Positions 1-10,340 of a DNA stretch of 64,000 nt are shown here, in pieces (within the stretch, counting starts at the first letter, position 1; every line of letters begins with the position of its first letter). The position numbers and the translations under genes were made by a program. Source of the stretch: Candidatus Latescibacterota bacterium (GTDB lineage Bacteria > Latescibacterota > UBA2968); the NCBI GenBank assembly GCA_965207885.1, contig OZ242311.1, forward strand, positions 4,768,001 through 4,832,000. Reading direction: 5' to 3'. A model generated the notes under the pieces. It saw only the letters and a list, made by a program, of their open reading frames with translations. It did not search any database and was not told the origin of the DNA.

Positions 1-1
1 C

Positions 2-652
2 ACAGTCAGGCTATGGGATGCCGAAACAGGACGACTGACCGCCACGCTTAAAGGGCATACGAATAGAGTCAACTCTGTGGCGTTCTCTCCTGATGGTGCT
101 ACACTCGCTTCGGGGGCAATAGATGGCACGGTTAGACTGTGGGATGTCGAAACAGGACGACTAATTGCCACCCTCGAACATATAGCTTGGATCAACTCTG
201 TGGCGTTCTCTCCTGATGGCACGACACTCGCTTCGGGGGTAGATGATGACACGGTTAGGCTGTGGGATGTCGAAACAGGACGACTAACTGCCACCCTCGA
301 ACACAGGTTTCGGGTCTTCTCTGTGGCGTTCTCTCCTGATGGGACCATGATCGCTGCAGCGGGAGGGTGGTATGGTAGTCTCTGGGATATGAAAACGGGA
401 CAACTGACTGCCACACTTGATCATAGGTTTGGGGTTTCAGTCTCCTCTGTGGCGTTCTCTCCTGATGGCACGACACTCGCTTCGGGGGGAAGCAGAACGG
501 TCTATCTTTGGAATACCGAAACGGGACACTTGATCTCCACATTTGAAGGACATACATCTGGGATCTCTTCTGTGGCATTCTCTCCTGATGGCACGACACT
601 CGCTTCGGCGTCGGGCGATGGCACGGTTCTCCTGTGGGCACTGCTTGAGTGA
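2..652 (+). CDS. WD40-repeat beta-propeller protein, 5'-truncated by window edge
   Basis: Frame open from position 2 (TVRLWDAETG...); repeated 'SVAFSPDGxTLASG...TVRLWD' units; stop at 650-652. Confidence 0.9.
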   Translation, partial: TVRLWDAETGRLTATLKGHTNRVNSVAFSPDGATLASGAIDGTVRLWDVETGRLIATLEHIAWINSVAFSPDGTTLASGVDDDTVRLWDVETGRLTATLEHRFRVFSVAFSPDGTMIAAAGGWYGSLWDMKTGQLTATLDHRFGVSVSSVAFSPDGTTLASGGSRTVYLWNTETGHLISTFEGHTSGISSVAFSPDGTTLASASGDGTVLLWALLE

Positions 653-777
653 TATAATGCAAATACTCTTCGATTCAGATGCCGGCAAAAAAGACCAGGA
701 GATTAGGGAATTACTCCACAAGACATCGGTGATATTCTGCCCTTGTCAGCGGGCAAGACGAAACGCGAGGTGATTTT

Positions 778-3700
778 ATGAGAATAAAATGCAAGATACT
801 CAGCCTGGGCGCGTGCTTGTTTGCACTGCTCTGTCTATCGTCTGTTGGCTATGCTTCGCCGCCATCGACGAATGTGCATTTTTGCAGGGTTCTCAATTTC
901 GAAGACATGCAGGCGCGCGATAGTTTATATGCTGCGCCAAAACAAACGTTTAACTTAAATGTTGGCGAACCTCGCACGGTGCGAATGATCTACTTCTTGC
1001 CGAATGATCGTCCCTTTCGTCAGGAGGTGGTGGATTCGATGAAAGTGACGATTCGCCAGATTCAGACCTTCTTTGCCGAGCAGATGCAGGCGCACGGGCA
1101 TGGGCACAAGACCTTCCGCTTTGAAACCGATGCAGAGGGTGAGCCGATGGTTCATCGCGTGGATGGGCAATACCCCGATAGTCACTATCTCGACGACACA
1201 GTTGGTACTGTGTTTAACGAGCTCGAACAGGTGTTTAATCTCGATGCAAATATTTACTTCATCGTCATTGACAATGGTAGAAATTCAATTGGTCAGGGTG
1301 GTCAGCGTGTGGCAGGGGTAGGAGGACGACGAGGAAGAAATGGTGGTGATACGTTGTTTCCTGATGGATTTAGCTTCCAGACAGCGGCCCATGAGCTTGG
1401 ACATGCCTTTGGATTGAAGCACGACTTCAACGATGGTGCATACATCATGTCGTATGGTCCAGGACAAGATCGGTTATCTATGTGCAATGCCGAATATTCG
1501 GCTGTGCATCCCTATTTTAATCCCAATATCCCAACTGAAGAGGCACAGTTGCCGACCATCGAACTCATTTCGTCGTCCGGATATCCGGCAAGCTCAACAA
1601 GTGTCTCCGTTCAACTCAAAATCAGCAATTCAGAGGGGCTTCATCAAGTGCTCTTATTTGTTAGAACAAGAGAACCCCACCTCGCCGCTGGATTTCTTGA
1701 AGTGAAGGCGTGTCGTGGATTGGCAGGTGAGAAAGATGCTGTCGTTGAATTTGATTATGATGGTCACATTCCCTCTGGTGGCGGAGTAAATCTTTCCTAT
1801 CCTGTTGTGCATCCAATTGCGGCTGCAGTAGTAGATATTAGTGGGAATGTGGCCTGGACATATTTTCAATTGCGGGAACTTTCAGCATACCATATTGCCA
1901 CGCTTGAAGGGCATACATCTCGGATTCGGTCTGTTGCTTTTTCACCCGATGGTACCATCCTCGCCTCAGGTTCAGTAGATAACACGATCAAGCTATGGGA
2001 TATTGCAACGCACGCACCTATTGCCACCCTTGAGCATACGGACAGGGCCAATTCTGTTGCTTTTTCCCCGGATGGCACCATCCTCGCCTCAGGCTCAATA
2101 GACCATATCACGCTATGGGATGTCGCAACAGGAAAAAATATCGCCACCCTTGCAGAGCATCCATATACAAACCGTTCTCTGGCATTCTCACCCGATGGCA
2201 CCACCCTCGCTTCAGGCTCAGGAGACCATATCAGGCTGTGGGATGTTGAGATGAGAATACCTATCACCACACTCAGGCATAGACAGGGTGATGTGGTCTA
2301 TTCTGTGATATTCTCACCCGATGGCACCATCCTTGCTTCGGGATCACATGATCACATAGTCAAGCTGTGGGATGTTGCTACAGGAGAGAATATTGCCACC
2401 CTTGAAGGGCATACGGGTGCGGTCAGTTCAGTTGCTTTTTCTCCGAATGGCCTGATCCTCGCCTCGGGTTCAGAGGATAGCACGGTCAGGCTGTGGGATG
2501 TTGCGGCAGGAGAGAATATTGCCACTCTTGAAGGGCATACGCGATGGGTCTTTTCTGTGTCATTTTCACCCGATGGCGCCACCCTCGCTTCTGGGTCAAA
2601 TGATACCACGGTCAAGTTGTGGGATGTTGTGACAAAAGAAAATATCGCCACGCTTGCGGGGCATACGCGCAGGACCCATTCTGTGTCGTTTTCACCAGAT
2701 GGGACAACGCTCGCTTCCGGGTCTTATGATGGCACGGTCAAGCTGTGGGATATGTCTGAGTGGCTACAGCCGCGTCCTCAAACGCTGGTGAAAATCTCAG
2801 GCGATAATCAACAGGGCATGATCAACGCGCAATTGGATAATCCGTTTGTCGTTGAAGTTAGAGATCAATACGGTGCTACTTTACAAGATGCCCAGGTTAC
2901 ATTTACTGTCACCGCAGGAGACGGAAAGCTCGGTGGGCGGTTTACTACAGAGAACGCCATAACTGATGACAATGGCAGGGCACGAAGTACGCTTATCCCT
3001 GGTCCCGGAACAAATACTGTTGAAGCATCGATTCCTGGGATTGAAGTGACCTTTAATGCTGTGGGCGTTGGAACGCCTGCACCGGTCATAGGTGGTGATT
3101 ATCAGAAGTGGCATTTACCCGAGGGCGCAATCGCCCGCCTGGGCAAAGGAATCATTGGTGAAGGCGACAGAGCGGTTGCGTTTTCATCTGATAGTCAGTG
3201 CCTCGCTGTGGCAAGTGGTATTGGCGTATGGCTTTACGATGTGGCAACTTCTCGTGAACTCGCGTTACTTACCGGGCATAAGGGTTGGGTGTCTTCTGTG
3301 TCATTTTCGCCCGATGGAAAGATTCTTGCTTCCGGGTCAGATGATGCTACGGTCAAATTGTGGGATGTTGCGACACGGACAAATATCGCTACTCTTGAAG
3401 GACATACGCGCAGGGTCAATTCTGTGTCGTTCTCGTCCGATGGGACAATGCTCGCGTCTGGGTCAGATGATACTACGGTCAGACTGTGGAATATTGCGAC
3501 ACGGACAAATATCGCTTCCCTTGAGGAACATAAAAATTCGGTCCAGTCTGTGTCATTTTCGTCTGATGGTACAATACTCGCTTCGGGGTCGTGGGATAAA
3601 ACAGTCAGACTGTGGGATGTTGCGACACGAACGCATATCACCACCCTTGAAGATACGAGGGCGGTCCAGTCAGTGGCGTTCTCACCTGATAAGACGACTC

Positions 3701-5352
3701 TCGCCGTGGGAGCGGGGAATGAGATCAAGTTGTGGGATGTAGAGACAAAGACAAACACCACTATCTTAAGGCATAGGAGTGTTGTCTTATCTGTGGCGTT
3801 TTCGCCTGACGGGACGACACTGATTTCGACTTCATTTGGTGAGGTCAAACTGTGGGATGTTGCGACAAAAATAAATATTGCCACACTTGCACATACGCAT
3901 TGGGTCTATTCTGTGGCGTTTTCACCTGATGGTACAACGCTCGCTGTGGGTGTCAATCTGTGGGATGTATCAACAGGACGCACTGTCACCCCCCTCGAAA
4001 GGCCTGTTGGGCCAGTCATGTTTTCCCCTGATGGGAGGACACTGGCTTCTGGAACAGGTTGGAAAGTCAGGCTTTGGGATGTTGAGACAGGAGAAAATAC
4101 TGCTATCCTTGAAGGACATACTAATATTGTAAATTCTGTGGCGTTTTTGCCAGACGGTACAACGCTGGCTTCGGGGTCAAGTGATCAAACGGTCAAGCTG
4201 TGGGATATCAAGACAGAACAAAATATCGCCACGCTTGAGGGGCATACGAGTGCGGTCACATCAGTGTCGTATTCACCCGATGGAAGGACTCTCGCTTCTG
4301 GTGCAAAAGATTATACGATCAGATTGTGGGATGTATCAACAGGAGAAACTATTTCCATTCTTGAGGGTTATACGAATTCGGTTACATCTGTTGTGTATTC
4401 ACCTGATGGCTCAGCCCTTGCTTCGGGAGCGGGGAAAACAATTAGACTGTGGGATGTTGAGACAAAAGGAAATATTATCACCTTTGAAGGGCATACGGCA
4501 GGGGTCAATTCTGTAGCATTCTTACCTTATGGCACAACCCTTGCTTCGGGGTCAGAGGATGGCACGGCTCTACTGTGGGATATGTCGGAGTACATCACAC
4601 CTGTGGTCAATATTCCCGATGCTAACCTTCGAGCGGTGATCCGGGATGCGCTGGGCAAGTCGCGTTTTGCGCCCATTACTACCACTGATATGGCGGGGTT
4701 GATTACTCTGGATGCGAGCAATCGCAATATCCGCGATCTGACTGGACTGGAGTCTACAACCAATCTGACCGAGTTGGATCTTATAGACAATCCGCTGAGT
4801 TCGCTATCCCTTAACACGCACATCCCGGCCTTACAAGAAAGAGGTGTTTCGGTCACATTTGACAAACCCACGACGCTGGTGAATATCTCAAATAGTGAAC
4901 AGGAAGGCGTGCTCGGTGCAGTGTTGGGGACGCCTCTAATCGTTGAAGTGCGAGATCAGGATGGGAATGTGCTTGCAGGTGTGCCAGTCGCGTTTGTGGT
5001 TACAGCAGGGAATGGGGTGCTCAGTGTAGAGGCCACTGTGACGGATTCGAGTGGTCGAGCATCAAGTGTGCTGACGCTTGGTAACAGTTTGGAGCCAATC
5101 GTTGTTTCGGTCAGGGTTGAGGGAATTGAGCAGCCGGTGACGTTTTTGATAGAGTCTATGGCTACACCTGATTTCGATGGAGATGGTGCTGTTGGTTTTG
5201 CCGATTTTTTGCTATTTGTGGCACAATTCGGGTTCAGTCAGGACGATGAGGGATACGACGCGCGGTTTGATCTGGATGGGGACGGTACAATTGGCTTCGG
5301 AGATTTTCTGATTTTTGCCAATGCCTTTGGCAAAGTCGTATCGTCGAATTGA
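778..5352 (+). CDS. Secreted multidomain protein: metzincin-type Zn protease, WD40 propellers, Big-1-like Ig domains, short LRR, C-terminal dockerin/EF-hand-like domain
   Basis: Signal peptide; HELGHAFGLKH with downstream YIMSY Met-turn; many WD40 units; two 'VEVRDQ...VxFxVTAGxG' Ig units; 'DFDGDGAVGFADF...FDLDGDGTIGFGDF' tail. Confidence 0.85.
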   Translation: MRIKCKILSLGACLFALLCLSSVGYASPPSTNVHFCRVLNFEDMQARDSLYAAPKQTFNLNVGEPRTVRMIYFLPNDRPFRQEVVDSMKVTIRQIQTFFAEQMQAHGHGHKTFRFETDAEGEPMVHRVDGQYPDSHYLDDTVGTVFNELEQVFNLDANIYFIVIDNGRNSIGQGGQRVAGVGGRRGRNGGDTLFPDGFSFQTAAHELGHAFGLKHDFNDGAYIMSYGPGQDRLSMCNAEYSAVHPYFNPNIPTEEAQLPTIELISSSGYPASSTSVSVQLKISNSEGLHQVLLFVRTREPHLAAGFLEVKACRGLAGEKDAVVEFDYDGHIPSGGGVNLSYPVVHPIAAAVVDISGNVAWTYFQLRELSAYHIATLEGHTSRIRSVAFSPDGTILASGSVDNTIKLWDIATHAPIATLEHTDRANSVAFSPDGTILASGSIDHITLWDVATGKNIATLAEHPYTNRSLAFSPDGTTLASGSGDHIRLWDVEMRIPITTLRHRQGDVVYSVIFSPDGTILASGSHDHIVKLWDVATGENIATLEGHTGAVSSVAFSPNGLILASGSEDSTVRLWDVAAGENIATLEGHTRWVFSVSFSPDGATLASGSNDTTVKLWDVVTKENIATLAGHTRRTHSVSFSPDGTTLASGSYDGTVKLWDMSEWLQPRPQTLVKISGDNQQGMINAQLDNPFVVEVRDQYGATLQDAQVTFTVTAGDGKLGGRFTTENAITDDNGRARSTLIPGPGTNTVEASIPGIEVTFNAVGVGTPAPVIGGDYQKWHLPEGAIARLGKGIIGEGDRAVAFSSDSQCLAVASGIGVWLYDVATSRELALLTGHKGWVSSVSFSPDGKILASGSDDATVKLWDVATRTNIATLEGHTRRVNSVSFSSDGTMLASGSDDTTVRLWNIATRTNIASLEEHKNSVQSVSFSSDGTILASGSWDKTVRLWDVATRTHITTLEDTRAVQSVAFSPDKTTLAVGAGNEIKLWDVETKTNTTILRHRSVVLSVAFSPDGTTLISTSFGEVKLWDVATKINIATLAHTHWVYSVAFSPDGTTLAVGVNLWDVSTGRTVTPLERPVGPVMFSPDGRTLASGTGWKVRLWDVETGENTAILEGHTNIVNSVAFLPDGTTLASGSSDQTVKLWDIKTEQNIATLEGHTSAVTSVSYSPDGRTLASGAKDYTIRLWDVSTGETISILEGYTNSVTSVVYSPDGSALASGAGKTIRLWDVETKGNIITFEGHTAGVNSVAFLPYGTTLASGSEDGTALLWDMSEYITPVVNIPDANLRAVIRDALGKSRFAPITTTDMAGLITLDASNRNIRDLTGLESTTNLTELDLIDNPLSSLSLNTHIPALQERGVSVTFDKPTTLVNISNSEQEGVLGAVLGTPLIVEVRDQDGNVLAGVPVAFVVTAGNGVLSVEATVTDSSGRASSVLTLGNSLEPIVVSVRVEGIEQPVTFLIESMATPDFDGDGAVGFADFLLFVAQFGFSQDDEGYDARFDLDGDGTIGFGDFLIFANAFGKVVSSN

Positions 5353-5457
5353 AAGTGTCGCAAGCATCCTGCAAGATAAAGTGTCAATTGTAAATGGTTT
5401 GAAAATGCACTTGTTCATAACTGAGGTTACGAATAAAGGATTCAGGAGGGTACTTTT

Positions 5458-6330
5458 ATGAGGATGGTATGCCTAACGCTCGGTTTATTTATGGTGAGTT
5501 TTTCAACTGCTAAGGGTGATGATTTTGTGAATTTTTCGCCATGCACTTGGTCGCCGTTCTTTCCATCTAAGGGATTGTTGTTGGGAGGCAGTTATGTGAA
5601 TAGAAATGACGATAGTAATTCTTACCTGAAGAGCAATAATTCCTCAGAGGTGGTTGAATCATATGTAGGTGAACGTGCGAGGCAAGTTATCATCGCCAGG
5701 GGGCGGTATGTTAGAGTGACTTATCGCAAAGACAATGGCGAGAGCGAGACGGTGGAAGGGTTCGTCCAGGCGATGGATGCAACCGCGTTGACGATTTACC
5801 GGGACGTCTGGCGAAAGACAATCCCGAAGGACAGGATTCGTGCCCTGATGATCCTCAATCATCTGAGCCAACGCCAGTCAAGCAGGTTAAATGATGACTC
5901 CTACACCTGGATCATTACTGGTTTTTTTGGTGGTGCGATTGGCTGGACGATCGGTTCGGAGATCGGTGGTGATGGATGTGAACAAGGAGATACTTTTTGT
6001 GGATTTAAAGCCATTGAAGGTGGAATCATAGGCGCGCTTATTGGCTCTGCGACTGGCATTGTGACTGGATTAGTAATCTTGAGAGATCAGAAACCACATG
6101 GTCAATTTGGCGTTGCCATGAAAGGTAGTCTGATGGGATTGGGTGCAGGTACTGTCATGACGATGGCTGTAAATAGAAAGCTCTGGCCGTCCATGCTTAT
6201 CGGCCCGGTCATGGGAGCCACAATCATGTCCCGGCGGTCACACGATACCCTTGACCCTCGCCGTTTCTCAGTGGGTTTTGCACCTGATCGCGATGGCAAT
6301 TTGTCCGCGATTGCCACGTTTCGGTTTTAG
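5458..6330 (+). CDS. Exported hypothetical protein (array family C): one Sm-like module, glycine-rich hydrophobic region, C-terminal ...LSAIATFRF motif
   Basis: RBS caggagg; hydrophobic N-terminus; C-terminal half paralogous to 17234..18049. Confidence 0.75.
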   Translation: MRMVCLTLGLFMVSFSTAKGDDFVNFSPCTWSPFFPSKGLLLGGSYVNRNDDSNSYLKSNNSSEVVESYVGERARQVIIARGRYVRVTYRKDNGESETVEGFVQAMDATALTIYRDVWRKTIPKDRIRALMILNHLSQRQSSRLNDDSYTWIITGFFGGAIGWTIGSEIGGDGCEQGDTFCGFKAIEGGIIGALIGSATGIVTGLVILRDQKPHGQFGVAMKGSLMGLGAGTVMTMAVNRKLWPSMLIGPVMGATIMSRRSHDTLDPRRFSVGFAPDRDGNLSAIATFRF

Positions 6331-6407
6331 ACGGTTACCGGTTATATAGCCCCGTAGATTGATCCAGGTGCTCTCAGTACAATGCAAGGATGACAGAGGA
6401 TATATCC

Positions 6408-7625
6408 ATGAAAATAGTCACTATGGTTACGGTTGTGGCAGTCCTGCTCAACGCGGTAGTTCCCACACTTGCCCACGCAGCCATATACCTGCAAGGGGCA
6501 GAGGTCAATGCCAATACGCTGGTCCAAGATGCCTATGTGCAAGTCATCTATCGCGACAGCAACGACCAAAAAAAAACGGAGAAGGGATGGATTGATGCGA
6601 TTGGTGAAACTTCGTTCACAATCCGAGAAGGAGGATTCAGGAGTAAGAAGACCATTGCCTACGATAAAGTTGTGTCGGTGATCATGAGCGAAGAATCAAC
6701 AGTGCCAGCAAAACAGATGAATGAGATAAATCGGTTTATTCGAGAGATGAAAGCAAGAGAAATAGAACAGGCGAAAAAAGAGAAAGAAGCAAAGGAAGAG
6801 CAGAGAAAAAAAGAGGCTGAACAGGCTGCCATACAACGGCTCAAACAACGGCTAAAAGACAAGGTCGTTATAATTGGTCAATTCGACTTTTCGAAGAAGG
6901 AATGGTATGCCTATGTGGTCTATACTTCTAAAGAAGGGGGCAAGAGAACGGCAATCGGACAGATTATCAAGCAAGACTCTGATTCTATCGTGATCAGAGT
7001 GCAGGAGAGTGGAAGATTGAAAATTAGGAGAAAAACAATAGCATACACTGACATAGATACGCTCGTTATCGCCCGACAATCGCGAGATATTGAAGAATGG
7101 CGAAATGCAAGACAGACCCAAGGATACGGGTACGGGGAACAGGTTATGCAACAACTCTATGCAGAAGATTCCAGAGTGCGTGTTTATGCGCCTTCAATTT
7201 GGAAGAGATGGATGGTCGGCAAGCTGATTAAAAAGACGCAAGACACACTCGTTGTCCGTGGAGAACTTACACTTTATGGACGTAGATTTTATCAGGTGCC
7301 TCTTTCTTCGGTCTCCAATCTCGAAGTCAGCACTGGACAGCATAGAAACACATTTAAAGGCATGGCAATCGGCATTGGCATCGGATTTTCCCTTTCTACG
7401 GCTCTTACTTCTTTAGTGGCGAGGGGGTTTTACATCAATATTCCTTGGGTACTATCTTCTAAAGGTGGGAGAATAATATTTATCGGACCTATATGTATTT
7501 GCACTCTCATTGGTGCTATAACAAAATCCGACAAATGGGTCGAGGTGCCGCCTCAACGCCTCAATCTGAGCCTTGCACCCACATTTGGAAAAGAGCTTCG
7601 CGCCGCGCTTACGTTTAATTTCTGA
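6408..7625 (+). CDS. Exported hypothetical protein (array family A): three Sm-like modules, hydrophobic hairpin, C-terminal ...LRAALTFNF motif
   Basis: RBS gagga before ATG 6408; signal peptide ending LAHA; paralogous to 10341 and 15529 genes. Confidence 0.8.
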   Translation: MKIVTMVTVVAVLLNAVVPTLAHAAIYLQGAEVNANTLVQDAYVQVIYRDSNDQKKTEKGWIDAIGETSFTIREGGFRSKKTIAYDKVVSVIMSEESTVPAKQMNEINRFIREMKAREIEQAKKEKEAKEEQRKKEAEQAAIQRLKQRLKDKVVIIGQFDFSKKEWYAYVVYTSKEGGKRTAIGQIIKQDSDSIVIRVQESGRLKIRRKTIAYTDIDTLVIARQSRDIEEWRNARQTQGYGYGEQVMQQLYAEDSRVRVYAPSIWKRWMVGKLIKKTQDTLVVRGELTLYGRRFYQVPLSSVSNLEVSTGQHRNTFKGMAIGIGIGFSLSTALTSLVARGFYINIPWVLSSKGGRIIFIGPICICTLIGAITKSDKWVEVPPQRLNLSLAPTFGKELRAALTFNF

Positions 7626-7669
7626 TGGTTGCTCTTTTGACAAATACTAATTGTGCAAGGTGAACGATT

Positions 7670-8225
7670 ATGAAGCGATATACGCTAATTGGGATATGCA
7701 CACTGTGTATATGGCTCATGACGGGTGAGGGTTTTGCCCAGCAGGTTAGATCACTCGTTTTAGTTTTTCCCAACAATAGCCCCACAGCAGCTTTGGGCAA
7801 TGCTGGTGTGGGGTTGATCGGGAGCGGGCAGGCCATTTTTTACAATCCCGCAGGGCTGGCTTTTATGGAGGGTCGAGAAGCGTATTTTACGTATGTAACT
7901 TGGTTTAGTGGTATCAAGAACTACGTAGCTGGTGTGTCAGCAAATGTACCGCGTATAGGAACATTCGGGTTTTCTGCTGTGAATTTCGATAACACCAATG
8001 AGAATGAGAGCGAATATGCTATTTCTGGGGCTTATGCGTTCAATATTACCCGCCGGATTGCAGCAGGAGCAACTGTCACGCTGGCGCATCACGACCAACG
8101 GCGGTGGGGCACTAAAGATGGATTACGCACGCAAGGCCTTTTATTATCGTAGCGAAGTTCCTGGAAGGTTTATTTACACGGTTAATTCTAAAGTACATAT
8201 TCTCAGCCTTGCTTTCAATTTTTAG
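7670..8225 (+). pseudogene. PorV/PorQ-like beta-barrel gene with internal deletion and frameshift
   Basis: 7670 frame matches the N-half of the 14463 protein (AIFYNPAGLAFMEGREAYFTYV); a second frame encodes the matching C-end (LKMDY...VHILSLAFNF, stop 8225); middle missing. Confidence 0.75.
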
Positions 8226-8256
8226 GGTGAGGTTACTAATTCGAAAAGGGAAACTC

Positions 8257-9330
8257 ATGGTACGAATAGCTGCAATCGTTTGGATGTTAAGCGTATGTAT
8301 GCCTGAGACACTACTGGCAGGAGTGGTCTTTGAGGCTGGTGAAATTGATAGCAGCACGGTTAAACCCGGTGCCTATGTCGAGATTATATATGGGAGTGGG
8401 GAGCGAGATCCAGTGTCAGGAGTGTGGGAGAGGCTGGATACTGCAAAGGGATATATTCAAGCGATTGATGCGGAGCGGTTGGTTATAGGAGAACGGTTTT
8501 GGAAGAAGGAGATTGCATTAGATCGCATTCAAAAGCTGACGATTCCAGATGCTACCCACGAGATGAGTAACGTCAGTGGGATACCAGACCCGTCTTTCGG
8601 ATCACGGACATTGCAGACGGAAATTGTTTTAGAAGCCAGTGAGATTGATAGCAGCACGGTTGAAGTCGGTGATTTTGTCGAGGTTATCTATGGGAAGGGC
8701 GAGCGGGATTCGGTGTCTGGAGAGTGGGATGGAGTGAAGAAAGTAAAAGGATATGTCAAAGCTATTGATACAGAGTATTTGATTATTGGCGAACGGTTTT
8801 GGGAAGAGAGGGTCGCATTGGATCGCATTCAAAAGCTGACCATAACAGACTCCTCCCGCGGTAGGTCGAGGGTTGAGATTGGCAGTGCTGTTGCGACAGA
8901 GTATCGGAGCGCTTGGCCCTTTTTGGGTATTGCGCCTGGTACGGTCATTTTGAATGAGGAAAATTTTAGTCTTAGTTTTGTTCACGTTTTTGCCGGATAT
9001 GAGCTTGGAGCTGGGCAATTTAGCGCGAGTATAGAGGCAGGGTATGGCGCACCAATTGAAGCATTGCAGTGGGGGGTTGGTGTTTTTTCGGTGAATGGAA
9101 ATTTTCATCTTATTAAAAAACATCGTCTGAATACTGGCGTTCCTTTTTTGTCAGTTGGCTATACGGCTTTGGTGAGGGAGGGAAGCACGAGTCTATTCAA
9201 TGTTGGGGCCGGTATCACCTGGTGGTCTCATAAAGGCAGGAGCCTGCGTCTGGAAGTGCGAGATCATATTACCTCGTCAGGAGGAGAGGGCGCACATGCT
9301 CTGGAATTCAGGATCAGTGTTGTTCGATAA
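8257..9330 (+). CDS. Exported protein (array family B): two tandem Sm-like modules plus C-terminal outer-membrane beta-barrel-like region
   Basis: ATG 8257 aligns with the start of the 13587 paralogue; duplicated 'EIDSSTV..G..VE.IYG.GERD.VSG.W...KGY..AID...IGERFW....ALDRIQKLTI'; alternating strands at C-end. Confidence 0.75.
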   Translation: MVRIAAIVWMLSVCMPETLLAGVVFEAGEIDSSTVKPGAYVEIIYGSGERDPVSGVWERLDTAKGYIQAIDAERLVIGERFWKKEIALDRIQKLTIPDATHEMSNVSGIPDPSFGSRTLQTEIVLEASEIDSSTVEVGDFVEVIYGKGERDSVSGEWDGVKKVKGYVKAIDTEYLIIGERFWEERVALDRIQKLTITDSSRGRSRVEIGSAVATEYRSAWPFLGIAPGTVILNEENFSLSFVHVFAGYELGAGQFSASIEAGYGAPIEALQWGVGVFSVNGNFHLIKKHRLNTGVPFLSVGYTALVREGSTSLFNVGAGITWWSHKGRSLRLEVRDHITSSGGEGAHALEFRISVVR

Positions 9331-9351
9331 TCTCTGATATTGGAAAGGGTA

Positions 9352-10248
9352 ATGACTATGAGAAGATATACGCTAATTGGGGTATGCATACTGTGCATGG
9401 GGTTGATGGCGGGTGAGGGATTCGCCCAGGGGCTGAATGCCCGAAAAACAGCTTTGGCTGGTGCGGGCATAGGCTTGATTGGGAGCGGGCAGGCCATTCA
9501 GTACAATCCAGCAGGATTGGCCTTTATGGATGGTTGGGAGGCATATTTCACGTTTATGGATAGAAGAAATATAAGTTATAGCGGGTATGATGGTGAAAGG
9601 GCATACAAAGCTGGTATTGCTGGAAATACAGGCATAGGGGCTTTTGGACTTTCTGCCACTTTGGGTCGTATTAGGGCTGATGATGTGAACGAATATTCCA
9701 TTTCAGGTGGCTATGGGTACAAGATTACAAACCGGCTTGCTGTGGGGGCCACCCTACGTCTGTTCCATTCTGAATGGCTCGAGACCAACGACTTAGACCT
9801 TGATCTGGGTACATATTTCGTGACCGGGTTGCGGAATACAATTGTTGCAGCAGGTGTGGAGAATTTGAAGACTGGGATAGGTAATTCAAATCGTGTTAGG
9901 CTCCGTGCCGGGTTGTTCTTCGACCTGATGTCGCTACTGGACTCGGGGGATTTGCCGCACTATTTGGACCTTGTTGTAGATGTGAATGATTATATCAATG
10001 ATGACAGAGGTTCTTGGGCGAATCTGGGCCTTGAATATCAGTACAGATACTTGCTATCAGGCAATGCGTTGGAAATCGCATTGCGTGGAGGAGTGCAGTC
10101 GATATATGGCCGTGGCTCGGCTAAGACAACTTGGGGTATTGGGCTGAAGTTTGAGACGGAAGGTGGCCGTGGCATCAGGGTAGATTACACGTCCTTTGGT
10201 TCCGAAATTTCCCCAGGCCACATTGTCAGCATGGCATTCATCTTTTAG
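9352..10248 (+). CDS. PorV/PorQ-family outer-membrane beta-barrel protein
   Basis: 'ARKTALAGAG...AIQYNPAGLA' signature; signal peptide; terminal Phe; start could be 9358. Confidence 0.7.
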   Translation: MTMRRYTLIGVCILCMGLMAGEGFAQGLNARKTALAGAGIGLIGSGQAIQYNPAGLAFMDGWEAYFTFMDRRNISYSGYDGERAYKAGIAGNTGIGAFGLSATLGRIRADDVNEYSISGGYGYKITNRLAVGATLRLFHSEWLETNDLDLDLGTYFVTGLRNTIVAAGVENLKTGIGNSNRVRLRAGLFFDLMSLLDSGDLPHYLDLVVDVNDYINDDRGSWANLGLEYQYRYLLSGNALEIALRGGVQSIYGRGSAKTTWGIGLKFETEGGRGIRVDYTSFGSEISPGHIVSMAFIF

Positions 10249-10340
10249 GTCAAAATCACAGGCTCGACCGCTCTTGGAAAGGCCCTTTGGCAAGCTCGGA
10301 AAACGTTTCGTTTCTATAGCTGCACATAAAGGAGAGACCG

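Noticed and set aside
1-4600. Periodic DNA repeats resembling CRISPR or DGR repeats
   Set aside because: They are coding WD40 units; no constant repeat with unique spacers, no cas or reverse transcriptase gene, no adenine-specific variation noticed.
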